Below, piece by piece: positions 23,235 through 35,890 of a stretch of DNA of 64,000 nt. The DNA is from Mobula hypostoma. Taxonomy: Eukaryota. The notes below the pieces were generated by a model. That model was given only the letters and a program-made list of their open reading frames with translations, was not told the origin of the DNA and made no database searches. The translations under genes and the position numbers were made by a program. Each line of letters starts with the position of its first letter. Position 1 is the stretch's first letter. Location of the stretch: contig NC_086108.1 of NCBI RefSeq assembly GCF_963921235.1, positions 82,834,001-82,898,000 of the forward strand, written 5' to 3'.

Positions 23235-26200
23235 CATAAGAACATAAGATATAAGGAGTAGAGTTAGGCCATTCGGCCAACTGGGTCTGCTCCGCCATTC
23301 TATCATGGCTGATCCCAGATCCCACTCAACCTCATATACCTGCCTTTCCTTTGATGCCCTGATCAATCAGGAAACTATCAATTTCTGCCTTAAACATACC
23401 AACAGACTTGGACTCTACTGCAGTCTGTAGCAGAGCATTCCACAAATTCACTACTCTCTGGTAAAAACAATTCCTCCTCACCTCTGTTCTAAAGGGTCAC
23501 CAGTTCTGAGGCTGAGCCCTCTAGTTTTGGATACCCCACCAAAGGAAACATCCACTCCACGTCCACCCTATCTGGTCCTTTCAACATTTGGATAGGTTTC
23601 AATGAGCTCCCCAGGCATTCGTCTAAATTCTAGTGAGTACAGGCCCAAAGCTGCCAAATGGTCCTCATATGTTAACTCCCTTCATTCCCAGAATCATCCT
23701 CGTGAACATCTTCAGGACTCTCTCCAATGACAACACATCCTTTCTGAGATATGGGGCCCAAAAATGTTGACAGTACTCCAAGTGCAGCCTGACCAGTGTC
23801 TTATAGAGCCTCATTATTATCTCCTTGCTTTTATATACTATTCCCTTTGAAATAAATGGCAATATGATATTTGCCTTTTTTACCACAGACTCAACCTGTA
23901 AATTAACCTTCTGGAAGTCTTGCCTGAAGACTCCAATGTCCATCTGGACCTCTGATGTTTGAACCTTCTCCTCATTTAGATAATAGTTTGCATTATTGTT
24001 CCTTTTACCAAAATGCATTATTGTACATTTCCCAACACTGTGTTCCATCTGCAACTTTTTTGCCCATTCTTCCAATTTATCTAAGTCCTGCTGCATCATT
24101 TTGCTTCCTTAGCACTACCCACCCCTCCACCTAACTGCGTATCATCTGCAAATTTTGCCACAAAGCTATTAACTCCATCATCCAAATCATTGACAAACAA
24201 TGTGAAAAGTAGTGGTCCCATTACTGACCCCTGAGGAAGACCACTAGCCAAAAAAGTCCCCCTTTATTTCCACTCACTGCCCCCTGCCTGTCAGCTATTC
24301 CTCTATCCATGCCTGTATCTTTCCTGCAACGCCATAGGATTTTATCTTGTTAAGCAGTCTCTTCTGTGGCACCTTATCAAATACCATCTGAAAATCCAAA
24401 TGACATTCACTACCTCTCCTTTCTCCACCTGCTTGTTACTTCTTCGAAAAAGTCCTAACAGATTTGTCAGGAAATCTTTCCCTTTACAGAAACCATGCTG
24501 ACTTTGATTTATGTTATCATTAGTCTCCAAGCATCCCGAAACCTCATCCTCAATAATAGACTCCAACACTTACCCACCTATTGAGGTTAGGCGAACTGGC
24601 CTATAATTTCTTTTCTTTGCCTTCCTCCCTTCTTAAAGAGCAAAGTGACATTTGCAATTTTCTAGTCCTCTAGGACCATACCAGAATCAAGTGATTCTTG
24701 AAAGATCATGACCAATGCATCCATTATCTCTTCAGCAACCCCTCTCAGGATTCTGGTATGTAGTCCATTTGGTCCAGGGAACTTATCCGCCTTAAGACCT
24801 TTGAGTTTGCCTAGCACTTTGTAATAGCAATGGCACTCACTCCTGCTCTCTGACACTCTGACTTCTGGCACGCTGCTAGTGTCTTCCACAGTGAAGACAG
24901 ATGCAAAGTACCCGTTAGATTAATCTGCCATTTCTTTGTCCCCCCTTACTCCCTCACCAGCATTATTTTCCAGCGGTCAAATATCAACTCTTACATCCTT
25001 TTACTCTCATATAACTGAAAAAACTTTTAGTATTCTGTCAACTATTTAGTAAACTTTTTATATTATTGGCTAATTTGCCCTCATATTAATCTTTTCTCTT
25101 ACTATAACTTTTTTAGTTGCCTTTTGTTAGATATTAAAAACTTCTCAATCACCCAACTTCCCATTCAATTTTGCTATCTTATATGCCCCTGGCTTTTATG
25201 CAGTCCTTAACTTTACTTGTATGCCACAGTTGCCAAGCCCTGCCATTTGAGAACTTCTTCGTCCGTGGGACATATCTATCCTGTGTCTTGTGAACTACTC
25301 CCAGAAACTTCCGCCATCTTTGCTCTGTCATCATCGCTGCCAGTATTCTCCTCCAATCCATCTGGGCAAGCTCCTCTCTCACGCTTCTGTACCTCCCTTT
25401 GTTCCATTGTGACATTGATACGTGTGACTTATGCTTCTCCCTCTCAAAACTGCAGTATGAATTCAATCATATTATGATTACTGCCTCCTAAGGGTTCCTT
25501 TATATTAAGCTCCCTAATAAAATCTGGGTTATTACACAACACCCAATGTAAGATAGCCTTTCCCTAAAAAGACTCAAGTACAAGCTGCTCTAAAAAGCTA
25601 TCTCATAGGCATTCAACAAACTCCCTTTTGCAATTCGCCACCAATCTGATTTTCCCAATCCTCTTGTATATTGAAGTTCCCATTACAATTGTGACATTAC
25701 CTTTATTACATGCCTTTTCCAGCTTTCTTTGCAATCTCGACCCCACATCTTGGCTACTATTTGGAGTCCTATATATGATCCCCATAATGGTTTTTTAACT
25801 CTTGCAGTTTTTTAACTCCACCAACGAAGATTCAACATTCTCTGACTGTATGTCACCTCTTTCTAAAGAGGTAATTCCATCTCTTACCAACAGAGCCACA
25901 CCACTGCCCATGCCTTCCTTCCTGTCCTATCAATACAAAGTTTATCCTTTGATTTTAAGCTCTCAACAATGGCCTTCTTTCAGTGACGCCCACAACGTCA
26001 TACCGACCAATCTCTAATTGTGCCATGTGTTCACCCACTTTATTCTGAATGCTACGCGCATTTAAAAACAGCACCTTTAGTCCTGCATTCTTTGCCCTTT
26101 TGAATTTTGCCTCTGTGGTACAAGTTAACTCTTTGCCCTGTCTGCCATTGTACCCCAACCATTGACTTATCCTTCCTTACATTCATGTTACATCCATCAC

Positions 26201-26240
26201 CTACTTGTAAACCTGCTGGCTCATCCTCAGCTCTATCATC
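23235..26240 (-). mobile_element. CR1 LINE, nearly complete but decayed ORF2 (APE endonuclease and RT) with 3' tail
   Basis: KVLFLNARSIQNK, GIIYRTPNS, PGPNGLHTRIL, SQHGFCKGK, QQDLDKLEEWA, LVRLHLEYC in successive frames. Confidence 0.95.
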
Positions 26241-26254
26241 CTGCTATTATACTG

Positions 26255-27375
26255 GTTGCTATATCAGTAAGATTGAAAATGTGCCAAGAAAATTTACAAG
26301 TATGTTGCCAGAACTTGAGGAACTGAGTTACAGGTGTGGTTGAATACGAGGGGTGATTGATAAGTTCGTGGGCTAAGGTAGAAGGAATCAATTTTAGAAA
26401 ACCTAGCACATTTATTTTTCAACATAGTCCCCTCCTATATTTACACACTTAGTCCAGCAGAGTCGTGGAGCATACGGATCCTGGACCTGCAGTAAGTGTC
26501 CACAGCAGGGGTGATTGGTAAGTTCGTGGCCTAAGGTAGAAGGAGATGAGTCATACGGCTCTCATTAGATGCACATGCAGTTCAACGCTTTGATTGATAA
26601 TGCAGAAAGTTTGAAGTTAATAACTCATCTCCTTCTACCTCAGGCCACGAACTTATCAATCACCCCTGATGAGTTATTAACTGATGTGCTATTGACTTCA
26701 AACTTTCTGCATAATCACTCAGAGTTGAACTGCATGTGCATGTAACGAGGCCTGTATAACTCATCTCCTTCTACCTTAGGCCACGAACTTTTCAATCACC
26801 CCTGCTGTGGACACTTTCTGCAGGTCCAAGATCCGTATGCTCCACGACCGCTGGACTAAGTGTGTAAATATAGGAGGGGACTATGTTGAAAAATAAATGT
26901 GCTAGGCTTTCTAAAATTGACTCCTTCTACCTTAGGCCACGAACTTATCAATTACCCCTCGTAGGTTAACTTAATTCCTGGAAGTATAGGAGAATGAGGG
27001 GAGATTTGATAGAGGTATACAAAATTCTGAGGGTATAGATAGGGTAAATACAAGCAGGCTTTTCCTACGAAGGATGGGTGAGAATAAATCTAGAGGTCAT
27101 AGGTTAAGGGTGAAAGGTGAAGTGTTTGAGAAAAGCATGAGAGGGATCTTCTTCACTCAGAGGGTGGTGAGAGTGTTGAATGAGCTGCCAATGGAAGAGC
27201 TTCATTTGGTTTTGATTTTAACATTGAAGAGAAATGTGGATAGGTACATGAATGGGAGAGATATGGAGGGCTATGGTCCGAATGCAGGTTGATTGGACTA
27301 GGTAAATTAATAGTTCAGCATGGACTAGATAGGCTGATGGGCTTTTTTTCTGAACTGTAGTGTTCTATGACTCTA
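26255..27375 (+). mobile_element. CR1 (second subfamily) 3' part, interrupted by a mariner derivative
   Basis: RKFTSMLPELEELSY before the insertion and FFTQRVVRVLNELP after it; tail TTCTATGACTCTA. Confidence 0.9.
26347..26961. mobile_element. Palindromic mariner-derived non-autonomous element
   Basis: TA TSD at 26345-46 and 26962-63; TIR CGAGGGGTGATTGATAAGTTCGTGG; 26831-26896 encodes IRMLHDRWTKCVNIGGDYVEK*, a mariner transposase C-terminus, mirrored in the left arm. Confidence 0.93.
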
Positions 27376-27874
27376 AGATCAAAGGAACAAACTCAAAGTA
27401 ATAAAGGACCATACGACCTACTCATGGTAGCACTGAGGAGCCAAAACTGATATTAAATATGTGAAAATAAACCGTATTAAAATCGTTAATGGAACCAAAA
27501 TGTATCGCCTCATGAAATCTAGATGGTATGGATTCCAGAAAATGGAAGAAGGATAAGAGAATGAAAGGTGCAATTGAAAATATGTTTGGAAACAGAAATT
27601 GTCCTGAAGGAATGGAAGACGGACAAATATTGCAGCTCTTTTCAACATGGAAAGAGGACCAACCAAAACATCATAATCAGACTTCAAATGTAGATACATT
27701 TCTAAGAACACATTGAGTATGGGTCTATACAAGGAACTTTGTTCACTGCCAGATCCTGGATGGAAAAAGATACTCTAAAATGACAGAGTACACAAAGAAA
27801 TTCAGAACATTCAGGAAGACAGAAGATAGTATGAACCTATAGGGAAAATGACAACTGATTCCCAACTAAGCTGG

Positions 27875-28250
27875 TCTAATTTACCCATGTTTGTCCCATA
27901 TCCCTCTAAACCTTCCTATTCATGAACCTGTCCAAGTACCTTTTAAATGTTGCTCATGTGACCATTAGTTAAATGCTGTTTATGTACGTGCCTCAGCCAT
28001 TTCCTCTGGCACCTCATTTCATTCCAGCTTCTAGGTCAGGGATTTCCAACCCTTTTTATGCCATGGACCACTACCACTAACCAAGGGATCCATGGACCCC
28101 AGGCAGGGAACCCCTGCTGTAGCTGAAAAAGTTACCTCTCATGTTCCTACTAAATCTCTGCCCTCTCACCTTAAATCTGTGGCCACTAGTTCATGATTCC
28201 CCAAGCCTGGGGAAAAGTCTGCTTATTCACCCTATCTATGCTCCTCAAAA
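27875..28250 (-). mobile_element. CR1 3' fragment containing a hAT MITE
   Basis: CCCATATCCCTCTAAACCTTCCTATTCATGAACCTGTCC..CCCTCTCACCTTAAA. Confidence 0.75.
28037..28116 (+). mobile_element. ~80-bp hAT MITE, copy 3
   Basis: CAGGGATTTCCAACC...GGCAGGGAACCCCTG; flanks TTCTAGGT and CTGTAGCT resemble a decayed 8-bp TSD. Confidence 0.75.
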
Positions 28251-28469
28251 TTGACTGTTTGAAGAAAAATTTAAAAAAACAAAGAAAATAGACCATCTGG
28301 ATATGCAGATAGTGTTTGCAGGTTAAAAAATAGATATACTTATATGGATAAACAGGGAAAAATATAGAATATAAGGATAAATGGATTTTTCATCATCATT
28401 AGAATGTTGCTGGTACAGGTTTCTATTAATATAAAATGAATTAAAGACAGATAAAGATAGAATGACTGT

Positions 28470-28665
28470 TAACATAGAAACGTAGAAAACCTACAGCACA
28501 ATACAGGCCCTTCTGCCCACAAAGCTGTGCCAAACATGTCCTTACCTTAGAAATTACCTAGAGTTACCCATTCTGAGCTCCACGTACCTGTCCAGGAGTC
28601 TCTTAAAAGACCTTTTCGTATCCACCTCCACCACTGTCGCTGGCAGCCCATTCCACGCATATATC
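28470..28665 (-). mobile_element. CR1 3' end
   Basis: ACATAGAAACGTAGAAAACCTACAGCACAATACAGGCCCTTC tail. Confidence 0.8.
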
Positions 28666-29279
28666 TTCTAGGCATTTATATTTTAACAATAATAACAACA
28701 GCAACATATTTATAAAGCACTTTTCATACAGATAATATAGCCCAAAGTGCTTTACAATGGGGAAGGTGCAAACACGAAAGTAATATAAAAATAAACATGA
28801 AAACAAAAAGAAGATGGTAATTAAACACCCTGAGACATTTTTTCACGGCAAATATTTCTTGACCTGCTGAGCACCTCCAGCATTTTAAGATTTATTAAAT
28901 AAATAAAAAATGTGAAGTTTGCTGATCAAGTTTGTAAATTATGAGATAAAAGACAAAAAGATTTTATCTAGGGTAGATAGGCACTAGTGATCATTGAGGT
29001 GTGAAATCATGCTCATAGCCGAACAGGCCAGGCATACGTGAGAGATTCACTTTTGTGTGGCTGATATTTGCCTAGCAAGTTTCATGTACCTTATAACATA
29101 ACAGGACCTAAAATACACATTATCTTCATTGGAAACTGAGTTACAGGGATAGGCTGAGTATGTTAGGACATTTTTCCTGGAGCAAAGGAGAATGAGTGGA
29201 GATTTTATTCTGGTATACAGAATTATGAGGGGTATAGGCAGAACACAGGTTTCCCCCCTCCCCCTCAGGTAGAGTGCAC

Positions 29280-31680
29280 CTCTGTGGCCATTCCCTTTAA
29301 TACTGTTTTAGACACTGTTGTGGGGGATGACCTCCCAGGGGAATGCCATGGATACCAGGTTAACGGCACTGAGCATAGGTTTCGTGGTGCAGAGGGGAGC
29401 AATAGTGATAGGGGACTCTATAGTCACAGGAACAGACAGGAGGCTTTGTGGATGTGAACGGGACACCTGGATGGTATGTTGCCTCCCAGGTGCCAGGGTC
29501 AGGGATGTCTCAGATCACGTCCACAGCATTTTGGAGGGGTAGAGGGAACAGCCAGATGTCTTGGTACATATTGGTACCAATGACATAGGAAGGAAATGCA
29601 AATAATTCCTGAAAAGAGAAGCTAGAGAGCTAGGCAGAAAGCTGAGAAGCAGGGCCTCCAGGGTAGTAATTTCTGAATTGTTACCCGCACCAGTGAGGAT
29701 AGAAACAGAATGATTTGGCAGATAAATGCATGGCTGAGAAGCTGGTGCAGGGGCAGTGCTTCAGGATCACTTCTGGGGGAGGTATGACCTGTACAAAAGG
29801 GACGGGTTGCACCCGAACCCAAGGGGGACCAATATCCTTGTGGCAGGTTTGTTGGAGCTGTTAGTGAGGGTTTAAATGAATTTGGCAGGAGATGGGTATG
29901 GGAGTGAACAGAGTCAGGATAGGATGGATGGTAAAAGAGCAAAGATAGCACGCAGTCAGACTTTCAGGAAGGGCAGGCAGATGATAGGTCAAAATTAAGC
30001 CAGCAGGGTGAGTATCAGTGCATTAGGAATGCAGAATCAAAAAGGGCACCAATTATAGTACTCAAAGTGTTATACCTGAATGCACGATAAGAAGTAAGGT
30101 GGATGATCTTGTTACACTTTTACAGATCGTAAGGTATGATGTTGTGGCCATCACTGAATCAGGCTGAAGGATGGTTGTAGTCTAGAGTTGAATGTCCAAG
30201 GTTAGAAATTGTATCGGAGGGATAGGAAGGTAGGTAGAGGGGGTGGCATAGCTCTGCTGATAAAGAATGGCATCAAATCAGTAGAAAGATATGACATAGG
30301 ATTGGAAGATGTTAAATCCTTGTAGGTTGAGTTAAGAAACTACAAGGATAAAAGGTCCCTGGTGGCAGTTATATACAGGCCTCCAAACAGTAGTTGTGAT
30401 ATGGCTACAGATTATAATGGGAAATAGAAAAGGTGTGCCAAATGGGCAACTTTATGATAGTCATGGGAGGTTATAACATGCTGGTAGATTGGGAAAATCA
30501 GGTTGGAAATGAATCTCAAGAGAGTGAGTTTGCTGAATGCCTATGAGATGGCTTTTTAGAGCAGTTTGTCATTGAGCCTACTAAGGGATCATCTTTACTG
30601 GATTGGATGTTATGTAATGAACTGGAGGCAATTAGGGAGCTTAAGGTAAAGGAACACTTAGGAGGCAATGATCACTATATGATTGAGTTCAACTTGAAAT
30701 TTGGTAGTGAGAAAACAAAGCCTGACATAGCAGTATTTCAGGAAATTACAGTGGTATGAGAGAGGAGTTGGCTAAAGTAAATTGGATGGAGGTGCTAGCA
30801 AGGATGGCAGCAGAGCAGCAATGGCTTGAGTTTCTGGGAAAAGTGAGGAAGGTGGAGTATAGATGTATTCCAAAAACAAAGAAATATTCAAGTGGCAATG
30901 TTAGAGCATTGGCTGATTGATAGGAGGCAGTGAGTGGGAATAAAAGGATCCTTTTCTGGTTGGCTGTTAGTGACCAGCAGTGTTCCACATGGGTTTTAGA
31001 TTTAGATTTAGATTTAGATCTAGATCTAAATCTAAATCTAGGTTGGTGTTGGGACCATTTCTTTTTAAGCTGTATATAAACCATTTGGATGATGGAATAG
31101 GTGGCTTTTTCACCAAGTTTGCAGATGATACAAAGATTAGTGGAGGGGTTTGTAGTGTTGAGGAAACAGGAAAGCTGCAGAAGGACTTAGATTAGGAGAA
31201 TGGGCAAGAAAGTGGAAAATGAAATATGATGTTGGAAAATGCATGGTCATGCTTTTTTGTAGAAATGTACATGTGCAGCTCATTTTCTAAACAGGGAGAA
31301 AATGGATGAGGGGGAATCTCATTGAAACCTTTTGAATGTAGAAAGGCCTAGACGGTGTAAATCTGGAAAGGATGTTTCCCATGATGGGGGAGTCTAGGAC
31401 AAGAGGGGCGTACATTTGAAACAGATGTGGAGAAATTTCTTTAGCTAGAGGGTGGTGAATTTGTGGAATTAATTACGACAGGCAGCTGTAGATGCCAGGT
31501 CATTGGGTGTATTTAAGGCAGAGGGTGATAGGTTCCTGATTGGCCAGGGCATCAAAGGTTACGGGGAGAAGGCTGGGGAGTGGGGCTGAGGAGGGGAAAA
31601 AAGGATCAGCCATGATTGAATGGTAGAGTGGACTCAATGGGCCAAATGGCCTCATCCTGCTCCTATGTCTTATGGTCTTG
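29280..31680 (+). mobile_element. CR1 LINE with SGNH/GDSL esterase ORF1 remnant, APE, internally deleted RT and 3' tail; nested in another CR1 (29130-29275 and 31683-31950)
   Basis: AIVIGDSIV..VCCLPGARVRDV esterase motif; KFADDTK in 30980..31195; tail CCTATGTCTTATGGTCT. Confidence 0.92.
31003..31040. repeat. Perfect 38-bp palindrome of (TTTAGA)n/(TCTAAA)n
   Basis: TAGATTTAGATTTAGATCT|AGATCTAAATCTAAATCTA. Confidence 0.95.
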
Positions 31681-31974
31681 TGTGAGACTAGAACCAGAGG
31701 ACAAATGTTTAGGATGAAAAGTGGAATCTTTAAGGGGAATCTGAAGGGTAACTTTTTCAGTCAGAGGTTGGTGCGATTGCAGAATGAGCTGCCAGTGAAA
31801 ATGGTAGAGGTATGTTCAATTGTATAATTTAAGAGAAATTTGGTTAGGTACAAGGAGAGAGGGGTATGGAGAGATGGTCTAGGTGCAGCTAGATGGGACT
31901 AGGCAGAAATGAACCAGATGGGTAAAAGTCCTATTTTTGTGCTGTAGTAGTAACAGTGTAATCACCTGATTCAA

Positions 31975-32235
31975 TTTTATGATGTTCTCCTAAGGGTTTG
32001 TCTACTGGTGGATCCTCAGGTGGCCGATCTGGGATGCACATATTCTGGTGCAGTGGGGGCAAGAGCAAGTGGTGACGGTGGTTAGTGTTTGGGTCTTTTG
32101 GTTGTTCAGTCTCTTCATTTGCAGCTTCTACTTGTTCTCCGCGTCACAGTGAGGTCACTCTAATATAGAGCAGCTCCCTCTTGAATAGATTTCCTCCAGG
32201 TGTATCTACTGAATGCAATGTCTTCCCAGTAGTAG
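31975..32235 (-). mobile_element. RTE-like LINE 3' fragment
   Basis: Minus strand reads C-P-H-C-T-R-I-C-A-S-Q-I-G-H-L, resembling the C-terminal zinc finger of RTE ORFs. Confidence 0.55.
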
Positions 32236-32244
32236 TGAGACATA

Positions 32245-32405
32245 GATACTGGAATCAGAAAGGAAAAGCGAAATGCTGGAGGAACTCAGAGGGTCAGGTA
32301 GCATCTGTAACATCCAGATGAATGGTCTTGAGCCATGAAGTTGACTGTCCATTTCCCACCACAGATACTGCCTGACATCTTGAGGTCCTCTAGTATTTTA
32401 TTGCT
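32245..32405. mobile_element. Old miniature Penelope-like element with inverted ends
   Basis: AAATGCTGGAGGAACTCAGAGGGTCAGGTAGCATCTGT is inverted as ACAGATACTGCCTGACATCTTGAGGTCCTCTAGTATTT. Confidence 0.75.
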
Positions 32406-32646
32406 TATTTCCATTGTCAGCAGAATTCAGAGCTTTTGTGGCAAACTATGACCTTTTCTGTTCACTGGTAGATAAACTAGATGCATACTATGTAGAGAAT
32501 GGCAATGTGTAGACAATTAAATAGTTAAATACTTTGTGCACAATGTCAGCCAGCCACAGTTCTTCATGCTCAGCCTTATGGAAGATGAAGGAGATGGATC
32601 TTAACAGATTGCCATTAGTTTTTTTTCCCAATCAGTTCTGAATTTA

Positions 32647-32781
32647 ATGCTGCATTCATTGGGCCTTCGATCAGCTGTCACCTTGAACTGTCAGGGGTCT
32701 CTCAAGACATAAGTGTCTATCAGGTCAGACTACTGCAATGGCATCTGCCCAGCACACGGGAGAGAACTACGTCCCCCATTC
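32647..32781 (+). repeat. 135-bp direct repeat, copy 1
   Basis: About 9 mismatches to 33608-33742, counted by eye. Confidence 0.92.
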
Positions 32782-33124
32782 CACACCCACATTGCTCATC
32801 CCAAATGTCAGACTCTTCTTTATTATTCTATGGTTGCTAAAGCAAAATTCATGCCAACCTCTGGACAGGGGGTTGGTTTTTCACGAGTTTATCGAGGTGT
32901 TTGAGTACAAGGCTTCAAATCTTCTCTTCGCGTTTTAGTGTCTATACGGCCACACAGGCCTTGCATTCAATTACTGGACTGATGATAATTGACTAAAAAA
33001 AAGCATCCCTGTGCACATAATCCAGGATGCTTTATTTTACAGCAATTCATGATGGATGTGTTTTTAGGGGAGTAAGCACCACAGGATGAATCTTGTGGGT
33101 TCAGGCCATCTTCTATTCTTCTAT

Positions 33125-33505
33125 TCATCATCACCATTATGTGGTGTGTCGTATGACGTGGACAATCATGGTCTCATGACTGTGATTCTTCTTGGCAAAC
33201 TTTTCTACAGAAGTGGTTTGACATTGCCTTCTTCTGGGTAGTGTCTTTACAAGATGGGTGAACCCAGCTATTAACAATATTCCTCAGGGATTGTTTGCCT
33301 AGTGTTGGCCAGTGGTCGCATAACCATGGTGATATGTACTTGCTGTTCATACAGCCATCCACCACTTGCTCTCATGGCTTCTGGTGACCCTGATAGGAGG
33401 GGCTAAACAGATGCTACACCTTGCCCAAAAGTGACCTGCAGGCTAGCAGAGCAAAGGAGCACTTCACACCTCCTTTGGTGGGACATATCTCCACTCCGCC
33501 ACTTT
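33125..33505 (-). mobile_element. Probable RTE-related non-autonomous retroposon
   Basis: (GAT)n-like tail on the minus strand and AGAAGTGGTTTGACATTGCCTTCTTC, typical of RTE 5'-derived segments. Confidence 0.5.
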
Positions 33506-33607
33506 TGCTCTAGTCCCCACTCAGGAAGTCCTCTACAACAGAGGATGGTCTACATTGTGCACACACTTTAAAAGATACTATCCAGAGGATGCAGTAATTT
33601 CTGCTTT

Positions 33608-33742
33608 ATGTTGCATTCATTGGGCCTTTGATCAGCTGTCACCTTGCACTGTCAGGGATCTCTCAAGACATAAGTGTCTATCAGGTCTGACTACTGCAAT
33701 AGCATCTGCCCAGCACACGGGAGAGAATTATATCCCCCATTC
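33608..33742 (+). repeat. 135-bp direct repeat, copy 2
   Basis: See copy 1. Confidence 0.92.
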
Positions 33743-34049
33743 TATATCCTCCACTCTCTACTTACAAAGATCCATGAGAAATCTGAGCAGGGACATTCAT
33801 TTTTGTTGTTTACTGTTACAATGCATATTGGGTCGCAGAACATCTGGTGTCACAATGCACTTGGTCAGAATCCTATAGTGCATGTGATTTTGCAGTGTGT
33901 TTTGGACACTGTTTGCACTATGACATCAAGTATATTTATAATGATATAATATTATCAAAATTTGATACCAAATTTATCATGACACAAATTAGGGAACATA
34001 CAGTATACTGGCATTGTGCATCTCGGATGACAGCAGATGAAGTTTACTA

Positions 34050-35890
34050 ACATTGTAGAGGGCAAGGGCTACCTATGCACAAAAAAATTCAGGAACATCT
34101 GTCCGATACTGATCCCCAGCGCATGTGGCTGGGCTTCAGCTGCATTATCGACTATGGAAGGACAAACAGCATCGACTATTCCAGTGGTGCCTCCCTCCCT
34201 GAATCTCTAAAGAGGTTTTATGCATGCTTTAAGGCACGCAACACAACTCCAGCCATGAAAGCTACCTCCTTCCCAGGTGAGCAGCCATTGTCTGTAACAT
34301 CAGCCGATGAGAGAAGGACTCTGCAGAGAGTCAACCCCCCACCCCCCCAAAGGCTGCCAGGTCAGACACCTTTCCAGGTTAAGTACTCAGGGGTGTGCAC
34401 ACCAGCTCACTGGTGTCTTCATGAACACCATCAACACTTCGCTCTTCAAGGCTGCCATCCCCACATGCTACAAGTCAGCCACCGTCATCCCTGTACCAAA
34501 GAACTCTACACCTTCAGAACTAAGTGACTACAACGTGGTGGCACCTACGCCAATCATCACGAACTGTTTTGAATGGCTGGTAATAGCAAAAATAAAAAAA
34601 AAATTCTTGCCACAATGGATACTGAATAATATGCTTACCAACAGAACCACGATGCAGCTGGCCCTGACACGCTCAGGGAACAAAGGACACTGATATCAGA
34701 ATGCTGTTTCTGGATTTCAGCTCAGCATTCAACACTATTGGTCCCACAGAGCTCGGTGAGCAAACTCCTATTCCTCACTCTAAGTACATCACTGTGCAAC
34801 TGGGTGTTGGACTTCCTAACAGACCTCAGTTAGTCAGGATGCACAACTGTTTCTCCCTTCCCATTATCCTCACTACGGTTGTCCCTCAGAGCTGTGTGCT
34901 GAGCCCATTGCTGTACTCTCTACTTACAAATGACTGCACCGCCAAGCACTCCAGCCACCGATGATATGACATGGTCAAGTTCACCGATGATATGACAGCA
35001 GTGGGGCTAGTCACCATCATCGATGAGAGGAGGTGGAAGAGCTCGAGGCCTGGCGCCAGGCAAGTAACCTCCTCTTCATTGTTAACAAAACAAAGTAGAT
35101 AGTTATTGACCTCAGAACTTGCGCCACTCACACCCCACTTTACGTCGGGAGCACAGCGGAGGAAACAAGTAGCAGTTTCAAACTCCTGGGAGTGCACATC
35201 TCACACAACCTCTCATGGTCTCAGAACATAGTCTACACAATCACCAATGCCTCTACACTCCAAGGAGGCTGAAACGAGTTGGACTATGCACTTAAATACT
35301 TATGACCTTCCACAGATGTGCAGTAGAGAGCATCCTAACCTGCTGCATCACTGCATGGTGCAGAAACAGCAGTGAAAGCAGACGGGAAGGCCTCACATCG
35401 GGTAGTCAAAACTGCCCTACAATTCCTAGCACCAGCCTACTGGGCATCAAGGACAGATATACAGAAAGGTGCCAGAAAAAGGCTAGCAATATCATAAAGG
35501 ATCCCACCCACCAAGTTCATGGACTATTTGTCCACTGTCATCATGGAGGAGGCTATATAGCATCCAAGCCAGAATGGCCAGACTCAAAAACAATTACTTT
35601 CCCCAAGCAGTAAGGCTGATCAACACCTCTAACTACTAACCCATCCCTCCACAACCACCACCACCACTGCTTTATCATTTCCTGTCAGAGTCACCTTATG
35701 TACAGACACTCAAGTACCTAACATCACTTTATGTACATACAGTGTAATCAATTTATGTATATAAATTACCTTACGTATTTATATTTATCTTTTTTTATTA
35801 TTGTGTTTTCTTGTGCTGCATCAGATCATAACTAACAATTATTTCTTTCTCCCATACACTTGTGTACCGGAAAGAACACTAAACAATATT
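34050..35890 (+). mobile_element. Rex1/Babar LINE, decayed
   Basis: CYKSATVIPVPK, MLFLDFSSAFNTI, PQSCVLSPLLYSLLTNDC, RCAVESILTCCITAW. Confidence 0.92.

Noticed and set aside
26347..26961. Repeated ~38-bp units resembling a CRISPR array
   Set aside because: Units occur in both orientations with mirrored spacers and are mariner TIRs; eukaryotic context, no cas genes
27528..27716. 62-aa ORF as a possible host exon
   Set aside because: Nucleotides resemble an ancient CR1 segment (EWKT-ANI-like codons in a shifted frame)
29318..29542. Host GDSL lipase gene
   Set aside because: It is the esterase ORF1 of a CR1 LINE, followed directly by APE sequence and broken by stops
30996..31040. Interstitial telomere fusion site
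   Set aside because: Unit is TTTAGA, not vertebrate TTAGGG, and it lies inside a continuous CR1
32647..33742. TRIM or LTR retrotransposon interpretation of the direct repeats
   Set aside because: No matching TSD, primer-binding site or polypurine tract visible
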